NCBI RefSeq assembly: GCF_000143415.4
Contig: NW_003314315.1
Location: 620,001-684,000 of the forward strand
Length of the DNA: 64,000 nucleotides
Reading direction: 5' to 3'
DNA from: Selaginella moellendorffii
Lineage: Eukaryota; Plantae; Lycopodiophyta
A model generated the notes under the pieces. That model ran no database searches and had not been told where the DNA came from. It was given only the letters and a program-made list of their open reading frames with translations. Of this stretch, positions 13,630-25,502 are shown piece by piece; within the stretch, counting starts at the first letter, position 1; each line of letters starts with the position of its first letter. The position numbers and the translations under genes were made by a program.

Positions 13630-14112
13630 TGTAAGTAACCAAAAGGAATGACTCGAGAGACAATTCGTTGGGGTTCAAATATAGAGGAAAAGGGCCCATG
13701 AACAAGAGTGCACCCCCTTTTCCAATCGATTAAGAGTCTTGGGATATTTAGGGTTAAGCGTTCTTGGGTTTGAATAGTACTGGGCTGGGTGACTTCCTGG
13801 GAAGTCGAAATTTAGGAGCTTACATTTGGTATCAAAGTAGTCTCGAGTTTGGCTCTATTGGTTGGGTAAGAGAATCACACTATATATCCAATTTGCTCCC
13901 ACTAGGCTTGACCCGAGGGGTAAGGTGTCAAAAGAGTAGGGCTCTCGAGAGCGTTGCGGCTTTCAGCTTCCGTTCACGAGGGAGGGAAGCGTGGTAGATT
14001 GTAAGTAACCAAAGAGAACGACTCGAGAGACAATCCGTTGGGGTTCAAATATAAAGAGAAAAGGCCTATGAACAAGAGTGCACCCCCTTTTCCAATCGGT
14101 TAAGGGTCTTGG
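13630..14112 (+). mobile_element. Cassandra-type TRIM (5S rRNA-containing LTR), 3' LTR truncated
   Basis: LTR 13630-13824 with TGTAAG...CTTACA ends; PBS TGGTATCAAAG at 13827; purine tract at ~13977-13989; second LTR from 14000 matches the first for ~110 bp; 5S-like segment at 13750-13806. Confidence 0.85.
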
Positions 14113-14719
14113 TGGGGGGCGCAGACCATACTTGAGCTCATGAATTGAAGAGTTGAGCTCACGAGTTAAGCTCAATTTTCAATTGTAATTTAGTACAAAC
14201 ATTATAAATTTTAAAATTTTAAGGTTATGGCGAACCTAATAATTTAATAACTCTCTATATATTATATAGATAAAAATGTTCTAAATAACACTTTTTGTTC
14301 TAATAATTTAAATATTTACTACATACAATGATAGGGACATTTGTTAGAACATAAAATAAAATGTTTGCAAAAAGAGTATTCTTGCCACTTCTTTAAATTT
14401 GTACTCTATGCTTTCTGGCTAGTAAATGTTAGGTTTGTCAGAATTAAAAAATTATTAAATTTGAAATAAGATTCTATGTAAAGCCATATAACCGTTTGAA
14501 AGGAAAAAAAATAACCGTTGATGTAAGCTTATTGCATATAAAAAAAAGACTTGGTTCTTTGTAGAATACATTCTTGAGGGGTTTGTCATAGCATACTGTC
14601 TAGAATTTATAGATCTTCATTCACACTCTCATTCAAAAAAAGGGAAATACACCCACAAATGTCTATGGGTTCTAGTGTTGGTAATTTTAACTCTCACAAT
14701 CTTTCTTCCTAGGGTTCAA

Positions 14720-15110
14720 GGGCTAGGAGATGCAATAACTATCCCATTGCACAGCATAACTAAATCATACAAGAGAATGAAAAAGAGGATAATGACGATA
14801 GTGATCATGAGTTGGAGATAAATGCAATGATAAAGGGTGCAACAAATTGGGTGAAAAAGAATGCCCTCTTACTTGTTTTAAAAAAGTGCAATTCTGCCAC
14901 TTTCAAGAAGTGCCCTATATGTTTCTAGCGTCTGGTGGAAACAATGGCAATGATCAGTATGATGGTATATATGCTCTTGCGACACATTGCAACATCACGC
15001 ACCCGAAAGACTACCATGAAATCTTTTTTGAGATGGTAAAGACAGAAATGGAGACACACGAGTACTATGGGTAGTATTGTGAGAAGAACACTCGAAAGCA
15101 TATAAAATGA
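14720..15110 (+). pseudogene. degenerate zinc-finger ORF remnant (CxxC...HxxxxH)
   Basis: KKCPICF in one frame and ALATHCNITHPKDY in another; converges on the transposase 3' end. Confidence 0.3.
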
Positions 15111-15222
15111 AAAGTGAAATGAAAAAGCATATTTTTATTAATTATATAAAGTATAATAAATTTTATTGATAGAGAATAAACATCGATAGTGTTGGAGAAA
15201 TCTAATTAGCTCCAAAAGTTTT

Positions 15223-18200
15223 CTACAACTCAGCAATAGTAAAGCTTGCTTGGTGTATATGAATATTCACTTTAGGATCCTGGTGCAAGATGTTGATGAA
15301 GATGTAGTACATATGTTTGCAAGGAGCATATGCCTTCCCATGTTCTTCGCATTTCATAAAGTCTGGACATGTGCAAGAAGGAAAGTCGTGAATGGCAATT
15401 GTGTACTTTCCACCTTCTGTTTTGACTGTGTACTCCTTTGCAAGCGCAGTGATGTACTTCGTGGAGAGAATCTCACACTCAAGTGTTTGAGCCAAGTTTA
15501 TTTTACCTTGCTTCTGCTTGGAGACGGTACCAATAAATTTAACTGCCTTACCTTTTCGTGCTGGCCTCCTATGCATCTCTGTAAGAATAGTCTTGCTTCT
15601 GTCACTCATGTCTCCAACTCTCCTCTCAAGATTAAAACCAGATTTCTCAAGGTTTTCAATCTCATCCGAGGTGAGTGCGACCCCATTAGCAACCGGCCAT
15701 TCTTTAGGTACTGCATCAAGTTTAGTCACTATAGTGTCTTCAAGCCACTTCGTATGGTTGGTGTCGGTGTTGCAACAATATAGCTAGCACCATCTTGAAA
15801 ATCCTGCTTGCTTTCGTTCCCCATAGAAACATGGGGATGGAACAGAAGCAGATTTTTCACCACGAATCCAAGCCCAACACTTGCCCCTCGGAAGCATCCC
15901 CACACACCTTACATTCGATTTTGCTGGCACGCGTCAGATTGCCCATTGCTTCGGCTCCACGCTACGGTAAGCAATTTCAACCTGTTGCGATGCACTCTCT
16001 TCATCAGCCACTTGAGGTGGCTCGGTCCGAAAGCGGTGTCTTGGAGCAGAATGGTACTCGACATCAGGCCTATGAGAGCTTTTTGCTTCAAGGTCCGTAC
16101 CAACATCTTCCCCAGCAAAGGAAAAATGACACTTTGAGCGGACAGTCTTCATATCACCAATAGAAGCTCGGGAAGTGTACTCCATAGATGTGCCACGGAC
16201 CACTTCCTCAATTGTAGTTGCCACTGTTTGGGCAGGTGGAGTTAATTTTCTCTTCATCCTATCATGTAACATCTCAACAGAAGGCCTTGTTCCCATATAT
16301 CTTCCTTCCTCGAATGCCAATGCTTTTGAAGATTGCTCTATAGCACGTATCAAATCTGATAGACAGGCTTCGTATAGACTCATCTTCCCTTTCCCTGCCT
16401 CAGAGGAACGCCAACTCCAATGCTTACTTTCGGAGAGATTCACAGTTGGGGTGTATGTGAGGTCCTCAAGTGGTTAATCCTAATGGAAAAAGCAATATTA
16501 AAAGATAATAAAAGGAGAAGAAAAAATATAAACCAACCTGAAAAGAGTGATGTCCCCATTGGAACATCCTAACTTCCCACCATCCTAACCATGACTCAAG
16601 TTTTGGTAGGCAACTTACGTCTATATGGCCATCTTCACGCCACCACATTCAAATCTCGTTTGCTTTTGCCTCATGCTCTTCTTTAGAAGGTGCAATCTAC
16701 CATTGTTTGCACAACTCCTTAAATATTGATTGAAACTCTGGCTTGATAAGGTGGTAGTGCTGGTTTAGGCTTTGAGCCCAATGGAACTCACAAGTCCTCT
16801 CACGACCTTCCAATGGTTGACCATTCCCAAAAACTGCTCGGATACCATTCCAGTTTGCACCAGCCCTATCTGCCATGAAACCACGAAAGTTTGCAAGCTT
16901 AACAGTCCGCTTTAGGACAATATCAGAGAAGGACTTCCAAAATATTTCCTGTGCTGTCTGGTCTTGTACTTTAAACTCTGCTGTCGCAATTGTTAAGTTA
17001 CAACGTAGCCTATGAAAACATAAATATTATAACAATTTCAATATAATGAGAATAAAAATTACCTTGGATCATACACATGAGCTCCCATGGTTGTCCAACC
17101 GGATACACGCTCCATATGGTCAAAATGTACCCATGCATTTGCAAGGTCACTGGACCCAAACATGTCCATTCGGGAGACAAGATCTACGCCAGAGGTAGGG
17201 CCCATGGTAAACATTTTGAAGACGAAGGGGCGCTCTTGCTCATTCACAACGTGGTCTGGAAACAAACTTCCGTGGATGAACTCATATGGACAGGTCCGTT
17301 TCAATTCAAAGATGGAGTCAATTTTTTATTGCAACTTCCCCTCTCGAGATTCACACATCCAAGATTTTATCCTAAACAATATAATGTAAGAAAAAATTAT
17401 TATTATAACGTATGAAAAATAACGAATGTACCTCCTTAGGCTAGTAGCAGGTTGTACTCCTCATAGTAAGTCTCGCAAGCTAGCCTCGTTTAGTTGAGTA
17501 TTTTGGCAACCTGGATTGAGTAAGGCATTTGCGATAAAATCCTTGAGGACGGTCTTCTGAACATGCTTCGGAGTTGCAGATGAGTTTCTCATAATCTCTT
17601 TCTGTACAGCATCTTTGAAACAGTTGAGAGAAGTCCTTTGTATCCCTTCCTGCATTAGATACATATGTGTGCCAACATGCACTACAGCTCTTCCAGCCAC
17701 TCCATCCCGTGGAAGAAAGTAGTACATCTTGGCCTTGCAGATAGCACGACATAGAGGAGCATTTTTGCAGAATTGACATTTGAATCCAACAGCAATGGTG
17801 TCACAGGCTGGAGGATTGACTGCAAACCCTTCGAAAAATATAGAGTTTCTAGAGCGGTCTTGATTGCATGCTTCATCCACACAATCTAAATGCACGCCAC
17901 AATGAACTATAGACACTGTGCCTTCAAAATGTTGGAAGTGTGTGGTCTTGATCTTGCACCAATTGTGGACATTTTGCTTGGTTTCCATCCCCTTCCATTT
18001 GGAACCTGTGCTGCTGACAAGAGGTGGTAGCTCGAAGAAAATGTTGCTGTTGTAGGAGGATGGAAGCTCACTCACAGGCATATACAAAAACAAGTGCATG
18101 TCAAATGAGAGGCGTGAAAACTGGAAAGCATTGCTAACGGCTTTGAATATTGCTGAAGTTGGAGCTGGAGCTGGTGAATTTGGCGCCGACACTAACATGA

Positions 18201-18540
18201 CATTTCCACTTGAACTAGAAGAGGACGAGAAGATAACGACTGACTCTTGCTTCACATTCACTTTTGCTGGAGCGCATTTTGGCATTTTGACTGGAGATCC
18301 GAACACTCGAATCTCCTTCGACTTGGAATTTTGTAAATCCCATTGTTGTCCACCCTCGCCCACACCAGAAAAAAGAAACTCTGAGTATGCAACTATACCG
18401 GTGTCATTGCGAATCACAGCCTCTAAAGAAATAGAGCCAAGACGAAGATCAAAACGCTGACATAAAAAACTTTCAGAAACAATACTCTGAGAGAATGAAA
18501 GAGATGGATGATCTCGAAAATGAAGAAGAAACCTCTCCAT
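15223..18540 (-). mobile_element. Mutator-like (MULE) transposase pseudogene with N-terminal Cys/His (GCM-like) domain and C-terminal SWIM finger
   Basis: VHFDH, FRGFMADRAGANWNGIRAVF, RERTCEFHWAQS, NLSESKH (DDE core); SCTCPDF...PCKHMYY (SWIM); CGVHLDC...CQFC...ICKA...VHVGTH (N-terminal domain); three introns and in-frame stops. Confidence 0.8.
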
Positions 18541-19202
18541 CCTTCTTAATAGGTTTTGGAGTTCTCTCTCTTTATGCTACTTGTAAAAATCTATAATGAA
18601 ACATAATTGAAATTTAAATAGAGTAATAAGAAGACAACGTACAAAATGAATTTAAATTCTATAGCAAATTTAACATGTGTAAGTGTGACAGTATTAATAT
18701 TACTGTCATCTATTATAATGTCTGATGCATGTATACACAGATCCAAGGAAAGATTTTCAGCACGTGAAGTTTAATAGTTAATAATGATACCAGTAATGAC
18801 ATTCTACTATAACGTATCAAACCAAGAGATCCAATCTAACTATCAGCACGTGTGATATGTCAAGTTGTCAAATTTTAAGTGGTAGATAATAATAAATCTT
18901 GTCAAATCTTATTCTTCAATGACAGATTTGATTCATAGTACAACTCAAGTTTTATCCATAATTGTGAACACTGCTCAATGACATTTAAAGCACGTGCCTA
19001 TTGTTTAGGATCTAATACAACACAAAATAAATTTCTGGATGAGGATTCATCCATTCATAGATGGATATAGTATAACATATTTTAACGTGCCTTATTTATA
19101 CTCTTTGAAGTTCTTGTAACGATTCCAAAATATGTACAAAATATTGATGAGAATGCATCCTTTCTAGATAATTTGTAAAATATAATATCATATCTCTAAT
19201 AA

Positions 19203-19480
19203 ATGCTTTATTTCGTTAAAGTGGGACTTATTCAGTAAAGTGGGACATTAATTAGCATGTGTCCACATGCCATTTCCTAGTACTTAATTAATATTTATTA
19301 ATATTTTTTAATTTATTTTTTTATATTTCACAATATTATAACATAAAATCATATGAAAAGTTTTTAATTTATAAATTATAAAGTTAAAACTTCAATTTTT
19401 TATTGTTGTTATAAAAATGGCATGTGGCCACACACCATAAGTGGGATAATGAAAAGTCCCACTTTAACGAAATAAAGCAT
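19203..19480. mobile_element. MITE (~280 bp)
   Basis: Perfect ~26 bp TIR atgctttatttcgttaaagtgggact / agtcccactttaacgaaataaagcat, subterminal IR ccacatgccattt/aaatggcatgtgg, AT-rich core. Confidence 0.8.
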
Positions 19481-19714
19481 ATAACAGAAATATTGATAGG
19501 TGCTAGTTATACTATCAATAAAATATATAAAATAAAGAAGCATAATTTATATATAATAATAATGATAAGATAAAATAAGATCAAAGATATTGTGATGTTT
19601 GAGATTTAGGTTATTCGGAATGAACGGCCAGGATTAGAGATTGGTTAGGGTTAGGGCAGCTGTCAGGATTAGGGTTACGGTAGCTGCCAATATTAGGTTA
19701 CTGTTCGCATCGTG

Positions 19715-19975
19715 ATTGGAGCGCGCGAGAGATCGAGAGATTGAGCGCGAAGGAGATCGAGGGATTGAGCGCGAAGGAGATCAAGGGATTGAGCGCATGA
19801 GCGGGAGAGATTGAGCGCGCGAGCGGGAGAGTTTGAGCGTGCGAGCGGGAGAGTTTGAGCGCGCGAGCGGGAGAGATTGAGCACGCAAGTGGGAGAGCTT
19901 GAGCGTGCGAGCCAGAGAGATTGAGTGTGCGAGCAGGAGAGATTGAGTGCGTGAGCAGGAGAGATTGAGCGCACA
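19715..19975. repeat. minisatellite, ~20 bp unit (ttgagcgcgcgagcgggaga), about a dozen copies
   Basis: Tandem array is directly visible. Confidence 0.85.
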
Positions 19976-20124
19976 AGAAATCTAGCACGATCAAGAAATC
20001 GAGGGAGGAAAGATGCCACCAAGGGTGAGTTTTGATTTGATTGCTTCCACTTCCATTTTTTGAGTCCATTGCTTCCATTCCATTGCTTCCCTTTTTTATT
20101 CTTGATTGCTTCTTTGCTGGCCAA

Positions 20125-20332
20125 GGTCAAGCTTGGGCCGGCCACCTCAGGCAGTTTTGCTTGCCGAGGGGCTGAGGTTATTCAAATAACCTCGCCCCCT
20201 CGGCGAGCAAAACTGCTTGAGGTCAAGCTCGGGCCGGCCACCTCAGGCAGTTTTGCTTGCCGAGGGGCTGAGGTTATTTGAATAACCTTGGCCCCCTGGG
20301 CAACCAAAGTGCCCAAGGTGGAGTCTAGGCCC
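20125..20332. repeat. two tandem 96-bp units, each a long hairpin
   Basis: The arm cctcaggcagttttgcttgccgaggggctgaggttat pairs with ataacctcgccccctcggcgagcaaaactgcttgagg; the unit repeats at +96. Confidence 0.85.
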
Positions 20333-20539
20333 ACTTGATTTTTTTTTTCTCTTTGACTGTTTGAATTTCTCATTATCTTTATTTAGTTTGACTAACAAAA
20401 CTTTTTCTCTTGAAGAAAAGGAAAATTGTAACACATAAAAAGGTTGTTAGAGCCAAGAAGACACAAGAAGTTTAATTTGGCACTGACGACGACATCACAA
20501 TCGACATGTCCATTAGCACAACAGAGACACATTTAGTTA

Positions 20540-22787
20540 GAGATTCAACCACCTCCACCATCACCACCTCCACCACTGCCATCGCCACCTCCACCACCTC
20601 CATCACCACCTCCACCACCTCCATCGCCACCGCCACCACCACCATTGCCACCACCACTGCCACTATTGCCTCTGCCCCCACTGCCACCGCCACCGCCACC
20701 GCCACCATTGCCACCACCACTGCCACTATTGCCTCTGCCCTTGCCACCACCGCCACCACCACCAACACAAATCCCTGAAGTTGGGCAATCTAGTGGTGTT
20801 CACGATAGGGAACCTGAGGAACAGCCTGGAGCTGAAAGAGTTGTAGACCTTCCTGACAACGTGGTGGATAAGTGCTTCCAAGAGACTGTTATGCGGACAA
20901 GGGAAAAAGCAGTTCACCAAACACTTGAGGCGCTCAAGTGGCCAGGCCCTTATGACTTGATCAGAGAAATCCCCCTTTGCCGTTTGCATCAGATGAACCT
21001 TGTCCGCATAGCATCCAAGTATGTCAACCCGGATATATATAGCTTGTTCAAACAGAATGGCCTTGCAACAAATATTGGTATGTTTCTAGTCTCTTTTTGC
21101 AAGCCAGGAACAACAGAAATCATTGCTGTCACACCCGAGATTGTGAATAGCTGGGATCTTATTTGGAGGAGGAACTCCCTAGAATTTGATGACATGCTTA
21201 TCAGACATCCTGAGACTCGACAAATTGCGGGGACAATGTTCCAAATTATTAATGGTAACCACCGATATGGAGCTTGGATGAAGTGTATCGACGATCATTT
21301 TCGCGATAATCCTGTCTACCATATCAACGTTCCAGTCGGCCATGTCTACGTGAGGGGACCTTTGGATGTCAACAGACTTATCTTGGCCTGCCAAAAGATC
21401 AATGCGTAAGTTTTATAATTTTACCTCTAACTCCACTTTAACTTGTTTTGTTGTGTTTAAATGTAGGCTTGGGCAGTTCACTATTTAAAAACAAAATCTT
21501 GTCCATGACATCGAGCAACTTCGATTTTTGGCAGACTTGAGTGAGGATGACATCTGCCAACATTATGGTGATGATCTCGCAACACTTGTTTGGCACTCAC
21601 GCACTCGAAATGACGGTACAACTTGGTTCAACAACTCAATCAATTTTATGCTCGCTGTGTGGTGTAAGGTATGTCTTTCCCTTTTATTTTATAAAAGCCT
21701 CTTTTAATTGTTTTGGTTTTTAGCCTTTGGTGAAGGTCAAGCAGGATGCTTACGAACTTGCATATCTGGAGAAGAGTTGGGAAGAGCTCTTAGCTGAGTT
21801 TGTACAAATTGAGCACAAAATTCAGTATGCAAAGTCTTCAAAGTTGAAGAAACTAGTATCCCATTGCAGACAATCGTAGGCCAAAGGAGTGGCTAGAGAC
21901 TATAGCCGAAATTTCTTCTCATGAATGTAAGTTTTTTATCACACTTCATTTTTCTTAATTATGCATATATTACTTTTGCAATGAACAAAACTCCAGATGA
22001 CATGATTTACAATATCGCAAAATCGAAGCTTCCATATAAGTAACAGATAGAGACTCTGGCGTTCCTCAATGTCTGCTTGATGAACAGAGAGAAAGGACTA
22101 CCAGAACTATTTGAGAACATGATGAGAAGGGCTGTCTACATCACGCAAACTATAAGTGAAGGTGAGAAGTTCTTGGCACCACACATTGGTGACGATCTAG
22201 ATGGCACATTCATGTCTTTTGACACCTATATCAACACGTCATTGGAAGGGATCAAAGAGGGTGGCTGCCAGAGAAGTCTACAAGCACAACATCTTATGAT
22301 TGCTAACATGGTCAACCTTATTTCATGCGACGTGCAGCTTATAGGTATAATATGATTTCTAAGACTGTTTTTTAATATATATTGTTACAGGTATCTTCGA
22401 TATAGAGGCATGCCATTTGAGGCACCAGTTTGCACTCGACTTGTTGCAAAGGGTGTAAGGGATGGAGGAATGTATCCAACAATGTTTACGAGAGTTTCGA
22501 AGGCACGGAAGATAGAATGCCCTTGGGAGTTGGAGCTCCTAGGGAAGGAGACCTCTACACTAGATCGCGAGGAAATTATCAATGCTAACAATGATGGCAA
22601 TGCAAATGACGATGGAGACGAGGATGAGGAAGCTCCAGATCAAGTTCGTGTTCCACCACCAGACAGTCAGGAACAGGCTCTAATTCAACCACCAAACAAC
22701 CAAGATCCAGATCAGGTTCTACCAGTAAATAACGATGATCAAGTGGTTCACAGAATATCACGTCGACCTCGAGGTAAGCAAAAGTGA
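20540..22787 (+). pseudogene. Pro-rich linker + ParB/Srx-like domain gene (multi-exon, disrupted)
   Basis: Poly-Pro, then IREIPLCRL...LVR...FKQNG...FQIINGNHRYGAW (GxHR ParB-like motif). Further GT-AG exons run to 22787, with stops and an acidic C-terminus. Confidence 0.55.
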
Positions 22788-23809
22788 ATTTTACAAACTA
22801 AAGGTGGTAATACATGCTTTTTGCAGCAATGACTGTTGGTAGTAATTTCATTCCAGCTCGACGAGATGCTTAGTGAGGGATGATCATGAGATACATGAAC
22901 TTTCAACATTTGGATTAGGATGGTTATTTGTTATTTCTTTGGTATGTATATATTATAGGAGTGTAGAGTTCTATTGGTACTTTACTATATTATATTAACT
23001 ATTACATGGTTATATTCTTATATTGTCAACAGAATTGAGTTTACTCTTGCAATTGCAACAAGTTGCTAATGCTAGATTTTAGAAGTAATATTTGACAAAA
23101 ATTCTTTCATTGATTCAAGCAGAGTTTATTAAATACTTGAGCCATGTATAAGTGGGATAACAACAGTGATACAACTCTTATTATTGTCTGGTTCATTTTC
23201 CCAATTTATAGTATATGGTTTATCTAAGGGGTTCCTTATTCAATGGAAGGGGTGTTGTTATAAGTTGGACTACAAATTTATAAAGTTTGGCATAATATTT
23301 AATATGCAAATCCTCCATAAAATGTGCATATATAGTAAGTGAAAAACTTTATATAAAAGGATCATAAATAAGTTACATCACATATGAATCCACAAGTGCC
23401 TCATTTTGATATTCCTCTAGATCCCAACCCATTAATAAAAGACCCTTAATTGCCATCTATCCTTCCATGAGGAAGGGATGATATAAGGTTTAGGTATAAT
23501 GCCACATTAGTTTAATAGTTGTTAGATTAATTTCAATTCAAACCATTTACTTTTGTATATAAGCAAGGGTTTTTCTACTAATTGAATATGCATGTACTCA
23601 CAATATAAAAATTCCTTAACCACCCACCAAAATTCTATAGCAATAGAAATTTTATGAGTTCATATGGCAATTATTTCAATGTCTAGTTCTTGTTGGTTAA
23701 ATTATAATTTCTTTATATACATTTTCTTGTTTCTTTTCTTTCTTTCTAATTCTTAGAACATAGAGGCACAAGATTTTTAGAGCTCTTCCTATGGCAAGAA
23801 TGGTTTTTA

Positions 23810-23915
23810 TAAGATATACCCTCCTTTTCCAAAGAATAAGAGCTCACTCACTTAGGCCCTTGTGTGGTGCAAAGAATCAATCACTCCATATTTCAACTTC
23901 ATGCATGGAAATTTG
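23810..23915 (-). pseudogene. degenerate copy of part of the 2444-2944 gene
   Basis: aagagctcactcac..cccttgtgtggtgcaaagaatca..catatttcaacttcat aligns to 2812-2915 with transitions and deletions. Confidence 0.5.
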
Positions 23916-24272
23916 CATTTGAAAAATACAAGAATGAAGCTCAGATGTGTTAACACTTCTTTGTGGAGAAGGATCTATACTATTGTCATAGGTTTGCATT
24001 GAGGTGGTAGCAAAAGTATTTTTCACCATAAAACTTCACAAAAGTGTAAATGTTTTCCATGCTGCCACTAGTGGTTGAGCTCAACACACATTAAAAGGTA
24101 TCATATAAAGGTGCACAATCTTCAATGTCATTGGTGCATGGCAACATCCACCCACCCTTTAGGAAGAATGGCACTGCCCAATCTGTCAATAAATCAAGTT
24201 GAAGACATTAGAGAGTAATCTTTTGATACTTGACATATACTAGTTTGCAACTCTCCTTCCTGAATCAACTCA

Positions 24273-24592
24273 NNNNNNNNNNNNNNNNNNNNNNNNNNNN
24301 NNNNNNNNNNNNNNNNNNNNNNNNNNNNNNNNNNNNNNNNNNNNNNNNNNNNNNNNNNNNNNNNNNNNNNNNNNNNNNNNNNNNNNNNNNNNNNNNNNNN
24401 NNNNNNNNNNNNNNNNNNNNNNNNNNNNNNNNNNNNNNNNNNNNNNNNNNNNNNNNNNNNNNNNNNNNNNNNNNNNNNNNNNNNNNNNNNNNNNNNNNNN
24501 NNNNNNNNNNNNNNNNNNNNNNNNNNNNNNNNNNNNNNNNNNNNNNNNNNNNNNNNNNNNNNNNNNNNNNNNNNNNNNNNNNNNNNNNNNNN
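24273..24592. other. assembly gap (N run)
   Basis: Run of n characters. Confidence 1.
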
Positions 24593-24593
24593 A

Positions 24594-25320
24594 AACAGAA
24601 TCAACATGCATAGATAATTGAAGTACTTATGTTATACTAAACATTTCTATGTCTAAAACAACCCTCAACATCATAAAATCCACCAAACAAGATAAGCTTA
24701 TAAAGACCCTGTGCCAAGAAAGAGAAAATGATTAGAGATTACATGGTCTTTTAGAAGAGCAATGCTTACCAATCTATGTGGGGAGCTTTTAGTTGAAGCT
24801 GCTCCCACACAGTTGTGTTGAGATCCAGTCTCCATAAATCCTACAAGAGGTCTCTCCTATAAATAGAAATGGACTCACCTTTAGATATTGTATTGATAGA
24901 GATCACCATTAAAGTAAGTCTGGCATACCAAACACAAACATCAAATCACTATAGCAAATAAAAAAGGAGAAAAGACAATCACAAACTTGCCATACACGAT
25001 CAGCTCAGTGTCTTTGATGCCTAAAACGCAAAGAAAAGAATTCTCAAAGAACGTGAGCTTCCAGATTGAAGATTTTTATCAAATTCTTATGCACGAAGCA
25101 ATTGCATCATGGTGAAGGAGCTGCCACATTCTCATCTTTGCTCTTCCTAGAATTGAGCCTGAGAGCTTGCTTACCAATATCGTCGTCGCAACGCTCACTC
25201 ACCTTTCCCATTTCCCGGTTAGAATTTATGTGCTAATGGAAATTGGGAATTCCTGAACAGTGTTCCGTGTCATTACAAGGATCGCAAAAACTGAGCCTCT
25301 GGCAAATGGGTTGCCATCAT
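24594..25320 (-). pseudogene. second kelch domain-containing protein 4-like fragment, inverted relative to 5900-6625
   Basis: Reverse-complement match to the first copy, e.g. agttgaagctgctcccacacagttgtgttgagatccagtctccataaatcctacaagag; encodes ENVAAPSP*CNC, DLWRLDLNTTVWEQLQLK and KLILFGGFYD. Confidence 0.7.
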
Positions 25321-25502
25321 AAACTTTTCAGCGGAGATCTCCCTCATGAGAAATATATTTTTTTTAGCTGATCATGTATCTTTTAAGATCTCATAGAATC
25401 CGGCATCCGTACGACAGGTAATTATAGGCTCTAAACCTTCATGACCTAAAAAAAAAGGCTTCTAAAGGTGCGAGATTATCTTCTCTCCGGTAAGCAAGAA
25501 AT

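Noticed and set aside
13750-13806. 5S rRNA gene
   Set aside because: Only the internal promoter part is present, and it is embedded in an LTR with a PBS, so it is treated as Cassandra.
24194-24613. ORFs of X residues
   Set aside because: Artefacts of the N gap.
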